A stretch of 64,000 nucleotides of DNA from positions 22,238,880 through 22,302,879 of the forward strand of contig CM091797.1 in NCBI GenBank assembly GCA_043290085.1, written 5' to 3'. The stretch is from Rhynchocyon petersi (taxonomy: Eukaryota). Numbering within the stretch: the first letter of the stretch is position 1; every line of letters starts with the position of its first letter. The notes beneath the pieces are model-generated. The model worked only from the letters and a program-made list of their open reading frames with translations. It did not search any database and had not been told where the DNA came from. A program made the position numbers and the translations under genes. Shown one piece after another: positions 59,151 through 64,000 of the stretch.

Positions 59151-59924
59151 TTATAGCACCATTAATTTACATTGTATACCACCACCACCACCATAACTTT
59201 ACAGTTCTTATAGCATGTCACTATAAATGCACAACTGTGAAGATGTGAAACTGAGTTATAGATTTACTTATGCTAAAAAAACCCACCAAAAATAAACCCT
59301 TTGCCCTCATGGAAGATGTATTATCTTGGGAGAAATAAGTAAAACATATCTAGTAAAACCTACAAAAGCTGGAACCTGTGTGAAAATGAAGAAAAATGGA
59401 ATGGAAGTATTTTCTCCTCGAATGAGGTCTCAAGGTGAAATACGAAGGTCTTAAGGTGGAAATTTTATGAAACTGCAAGGAGGAGGGAAGGCAGGCCTGT
59501 CCGAATCCAGCTCTCACAGGTTCCACTCGAACATGCTATGTATGTGGTGATAGGTGCTGAAGAGAAAAATCAAATCAGCTAGGGGCCAGGCCCCACACAA
59601 GAGGGAAGGGCGCTGACCGTGAAGTCGGATGGCTTGAGAAGGCTCCCCAAGAAGGGGATATCTGAGGACAGACCCGGTGGAAAGTAGAACACTACCCGTG
59701 GGTATCTAAAGGACACTCATTCATTCTGCAACACATGCAAAGGTCCTGAGCTCAGAGTGAAGCTGGCGTGGTCAAGGGATGTCTAGCAGGCCACTGTGGC
59801 TGCAGCAGTGAGGGGGAGAGTGGAAGAAACCAGGGCAAAGAGAAAGGGGGGAGGACAGATTATAAAATTACAAAACCGATTCTAGGATTTTAGCTTACCT
59901 CTGAGTAAAAGTGAAGTTTTGAGA

Positions 59925-61450
59925 AGTTTTTTTTGATGTATTTATTCTTTGTTTTTTGGTAACAATTGGTCAATACATTTTATCCCCATCAAGTCCTCAT
60001 TGTATCTTGTCTATTCCTTTCCCTCACCTACTCATTCTTTAATCTCTGTTGCCCTGGTATTTCTACCCATCCCTTCTCCCCCACCTACCCTTCCCTACCT
60101 TACGAGCAGCTCTGCATATCCAGTTCTACTAATTGCAATGTCCATTTTACTTTTCCTTGATCCTCCCTTCTCCTCGTCCATCATAGTGGTCATTATCTGC
60201 CATAGTGGTCATTCCATTTCTGCTCCCCCAGCCCCTGCTCCTCCCATCACCCCATCCCCATCCTATTTTCACACTAGTGGTCTTACCTTGTCCTTGTCTT
60301 TGTGTGACTGAGTTGTTTCACTCAGCATAATATCCTCTAGACTCCCGCATGTTGTGTAATATTTGGTGAATTTGTAATTGTTTTTTAATGCTACATAGTA
60401 TTCCATTGTATGAATGTACCACAGTTTCTCTGTTTGTTGTTGGATGTGTGAGCTGTTTCCATCTTCTTGCTATTGTGAATAGAACTGCAGTACATATTGA
60501 TGTATATATTTGTGTCAACGCTGATTTCTTTGGGGTATATCCTGAGGAAAGGAACAGCTGGCTCAAATGGTATTTCTATTTGGAAATTTTGGGAGGAACA
60601 AACTGCTTTCCATAGTGGCTGTTCCATTATACATTCCCATCAGCAGAGCATGAAAGTTCCAACCTCACCACATCCTCGCCAACATTTATCGCTTGCTGTC
60701 CTATTAAACTTTACAATTGCAGCTGGGTGAGGTGGTATCTCATTGTTGTTTTGATTTGATCTAATTACTAGTGGTTTTGAGCATTTCCTCATGTGTATGT
60801 TGGCCATATGAACTTCCTTCTTGATTAAGAGTCTTTTCATGTTGCTTGCCCGTTTTGTAATTGGGTTAGCAGTCTTTTTCTTGTAGAGGCTCTGTAGTGT
60901 TCTGTGAATGCTGGTTATGAGTCACTTGTCTGAAATATCATTGCCAAATCTTTTTTAGCAGTCTGTGGTCTTTCTTTTTACCCTGCTACAGTAGTTTTCT
61001 GGTGAGCATAAAGATTTGACTTTTAAAAGGTCCCATTCTTCAATTTTATCCTCTCCTTGTTGTGTGGTTTTGGCTATGCTTGCAAACCTATTCATGCCGT
61101 AGACTAGGGCTTCTAAGGTTGTGACTACTTTTTCTCTGGTGATCTTGATGGGTTTTGGTTTTACTTCTAGGTCTCTGGTCCACTTTGAGTTGGTTTTTTT
61201 TGGGGGGGGGTGGTTTGAGATGTGGATCTTGTTTCCACAGGTGGATGTCTAGTTTTGCTAGTACCACTCATTTAAAAAGACTGTTGTTTCCCTATTTAAT
61301 GCATTTGATTTCTGAGTTATCAATTCTATTCCAATGTTCTATGGCTCTGTCATTATACCAATTGGCCCTTTATTCTAAGTTGATGCAATTGGGCAGGACT
61401 TTGTCCCATACAAGGGCTAATCATAAGATGTGGTCCTCACCGGAGGTGGT
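59925..61450 (-). mobile_element. L1 3' portion (ORF2 C-terminus plus 3'UTR) on the minus strand. A poly-T at 59922-59933 is its poly-A tail.
   Basis: Minus-strand ORFs 60640-60840 (…MANIHMRKCSKPLVIR…CWRGCGEVGT) and 60391-60627 (…PFLRIYPKE…IHNSKKMETA…) carry L1 ORF2 end motifs. Confidence 0.75.
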
Positions 61451-61454
61451 TGTT

Positions 61455-61625
61455 ATGTATCATCAAGTCTGAATTGACTCATAGCTGACCCTCCACTGGG
61501 TTTTCAGAGACAGTAAATTACATGGGAGTTCATTGGCCATTTTTCTCCCATGGAGCAGCTGGTGGGTTCAAACTGCTTGCCTTTGCATTGGCAGCACGGC
61601 TCCTTAGCACTAGGTTACCAGGGCT
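61455..61625 (-). mobile_element. tRNA-derived SINE
   Basis: 'tcatcaagtctgaattgactcatagctgaccctccactgggttttcagagacagtaaattacatgggagttc…cactaggttaccagggctc'. Confidence 0.7.
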
Positions 61626-61739
61626 CACCTGGGAAGAGAGTATAATTTTAGGTGAGACACTTGCTCTTTGGCAAGAACAATGACTTTGTGTGTTCCTTCC
61701 ATCTTCTTTGGATGCTTATGACATCATTCAATATTTTGC

Positions 61740-62760
61740 TCATGTTGTTGTTGTTATTAGGCACCATCGAGTCAAGTACAACTCATAGCAACCCTATGAA
61801 CAGCAGATCTAAAATCTGCCCTATTGTGTATCATCTTCACCATCTCTGATACACTCAAGCCCATTGTTGCAGTCACTGTGTCCATCCATTTAGTTGAGGG
61901 TCTGTCTTTCGCTGACCCTCTTCCACCTTTCTAGGACTGGCCCCTGCTAACAGCATGCCCAAAGTATGTGAATTGGTTTCACCAAAGGCCATGGAGCTCT
62001 TGTGGCCCATTGGTAAGGATCTGCACTGCTAACCCAAAGACACTCAGTTCAAATCTGCTTGCTTCTCCAAAGCAGAAAGATGGACAATCAACTCTTGTGC
62101 AGTTTACTGCCTCTGAAAACCCACTGGAGGCTCGGCTATGATTTGATTCCAACTTAATGGTACCTAACAACTGCCATCTACTTGTGATATTTCCTTCCAT
62201 CTTGCAAATTCAACAGTAATCTTTTCCTCAGTTCTCGAAGCTTGAGAAATATTGAATGCAGTCTTCTACTTTGGTTTTCTCTTTTCAGTTCTTTGCGTAT
62301 TTCATTATAATACATTGCTTTGCCTTCTTGAACTGCCTTTTGAATTCTTCAGTTCTCTTACTTCATTGATTAATCCTTTCGTCTTAGCTTCTCTACGTTC
62401 ACAAGCAAGTTCCAGTATCTGCTGACATGCATTTTGGATTTTTCTCTCTTTCATTTTTAATGACTGTTTTCTTCATGTATGAATGCACCTTTGATGTCAT
62501 CTTACAGCTCATCTTGATTTTAGTCATCAATGTTCACTGCATCATATCAGTTCTTAAGATGGTCTCTGAATGCAGGTGTAACATATTCAAGATTGTAGTT
62601 GGCTTCTCGTGGAATTGTTTTAATTTCCTTCAACTTCAACTTGAATTTGTATATGGACAATGGATGGTCTGTTCCAAGGCCCAGGGCCTTGTTCTGGCTG
62701 ATAGTATTGAGCTTTTCCACCATCTCCTCCCACAAATGTAGTCAGTGTTATTCCTATATA
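61740..62760 (-). mobile_element. RTE copy with an internal deletion (3' tail at 61740-61980; EN/linker region at 62180-62760), interrupted by a plus-orientation SINE at 61980-62170
   Basis: Reverse-complement tail '(gtt)n attaggcaccatcgagtcaagtacaactcatagcaacc'. The 62180-62760 stretch is collinear with the 8520-9250 portion of the large RTE. The SINE head 'ggagctcttgtggcccattggtaaggatctgcactgctaacccaaag…' lies at 61988. Confidence 0.6.
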
Positions 62761-62774
62761 TTCCAGCTGGAGAG

Positions 62775-62930
62775 AGCTCTGGTGGCCTAGTGGTAAGGAG
62801 CTTCACTGCCAACCAGAAGGCACATGGTTGGAATCCTCCAGCTACTCTGTGGACTCCCATGTGATTCACTGCTTCTGAAAAGCTGCTGGAGGGTCAGCCA
62901 TGAGTCGGTCCCGACAGGACTCAACAATAC
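62775..62930 (+). mobile_element. tRNA-derived SINE
   Basis: 'gagagctctggtggcctagtggtaaggagcttcactgccaaccagaaggcacatggttggaatcctccagctactc…'. Confidence 0.8.
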
Positions 62931-62964
62931 CTAACAAATTCCAGCTGGCAAGGTCCATGTTTGG

Positions 62965-64000
62965 GTTGTTGTTGTTGTTGTTGTTGTTATGTGCCATCGA
63001 GTCGAAGACGACTCATAGCGACCCTATGAACCACAGACCTGAAATGCCCCCTATCCTGTGCCATCCTCACCAACCCTGACACACTGGCACCCATCGCTGC
63101 CGTAACTGTGTCCAACCATCTTGTCGGGGGTCTGCCCCTCCTTCTCTTACCCTCCACCTTCCCAAACATAATGTCCTTCTCCAGGGACCCGTCCCTCCTA
63201 GCAACATGTCTGAAATATGTGAGGCGGAGCTTTGTCACCCTTGCCTCCAAGGAGAACTCTGGTTGGACCTTCTCCGGAACATATCTGTTTGTCTTCCTGG
63301 CCATCCATGGAATATTGAGCACTCTTCTCCAACACCACAACTCAAAGGTATCAATTCTTCTTCTATCTTCCCTAGTCATTGTCTAACTTTCAGATGCATG
63401 TGTAGTGATCGAGAAGACCATTGTTTGAATCAGATGCACCTTTGTCCTTAGACTTACATCATTATTCTTCAGAACCTTGGCAAGGTCTCTAACCGCGGCC
63501 TTCCCCAATGTGATACGTCTTTTGATCTCCTGGCTACTGGTGCCAAGGGTATTGACTGTGGATCCAAGCAGTATAAAATTACTGACAGTTTCGATTTTCT
63601 CTCCATCAACCATGATATCCCCTATTGGCCCTGTGGTAAGGATCTTGGTCTTTTTGAGGTTCAGCTGCAATCCGTATTTCAGACTGCATTCCTTGAGTTT
63701 CTGCAGCAGAGCCTTCAAGTCTTCCTCACTTTCAGCAAGCAATGTTGTATCATCTGCATATCGCAAGTTATTGATGCACCTTCCTCCAATCCTGATGCCA
63801 CATTCTTCCTCATAGAGTCCTGCCTCCCGAATAATCTGCTCCGCATAAAGATTGAATAGGTATGGGGACAGGACGCAGCCCTGACGCACACCTTTTCTGA
63901 CCTTGAGCCATGCAGTGTTCCCATGCTCTGTTCTTACCACAGCCTCTTGGTCTAGGTATAAATTTCGCATAAGCACGATCAAGTGTTCTGGGATTCCCAT
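62965..64000 (-). mobile_element. Young RTE copy (3' tail plus RT) running off the window edge. Its RT ORF of at least 205 aa is uninterrupted.
   Basis: Reverse-complement tail '(gtt)n atgtgccatcgagtcgaagacgactcatagcgacc'. Minus-strand ORFs 62987-63379 and 63383-64000 (…GIRIGGRCINNLRYADDTTLLAESEEDLKALLQKLKECSLKYGLQLNLKKTKILTTGPIGD…). About 90% amino-acid identity to the copy at 6666-7712. Confidence 0.85.

Noticed and set aside
1-64000. A prokaryotic-style operon or novel defence system somewhere in the window
   Set aside because: The gene structure is spliced exons, multi-kb introns and CpG-island promoter, and interspersed SINE/LINE content is ~60-70%. I found no gene cluster, inverted-repeat-flanked cargo or unexplained long conserved ORF after scanning both strands. 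The sequence is unambiguously mammalian.
57377-64000. The next PARP4 exon (human VIVFQTYTNKSHVPIEAKYIF…) downstream of 57376
   Set aside because: I scanned the plus-strand frames for this peptide and did not find it before the window ends. The region is occupied by SINE, L1 and RTE. The next exon is probably beyond 64000.

Overview
This window is mammalian nuclear DNA, not a prokaryotic locus. It holds the CpG-island promoter region and the first ~15 exons of a PARP4 (vault poly(ADP-ribose) polymerase) orthologue on the + strand.

The evidence for the gene is a set of short exons (64-202 nt) with canonical AG/GT splice sites and consistent phases, separated by introns 0.2-7 kb long. Their concatenated translation matches PARP4 from the start codon (MTVGIFAN...) through the BRCT domain into the PARP catalytic domain. 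The catalytic motifs H-G-S, GIYFSD and the catalytic-Glu exon are all present.

Roughly two thirds of the window is interspersed repeats: dozens of tRNA-derived SINEs with an RTE-type 3' tail ('...gagtcg[tga]acgactcatagtgaccc...'), many BovB/RTE-type non-LTR retrotransposon copies (several with long open reverse-transcriptase ORFs), a few L1 fragments and simple repeats. That SINE/RTE combination is diagnostic of an afrotherian genome, most likely a paenungulate such as elephant, manatee or hyrax; the exact species cannot be determined from the sequence alone.

There are no CRISPR arrays, operons or prokaryotic defence genes, and I see no novel 'system'. The most interesting structures are repeat-driven: a SINE-tail insertion that duplicates the exon-3 splice donor, an inverted SINE pair, a SINE nested inside another SINE, young RTE copies, a GC-rich 20-bp minisatellite in the promoter, and a 24-bp triple repeat abutting the exon-12 donor.
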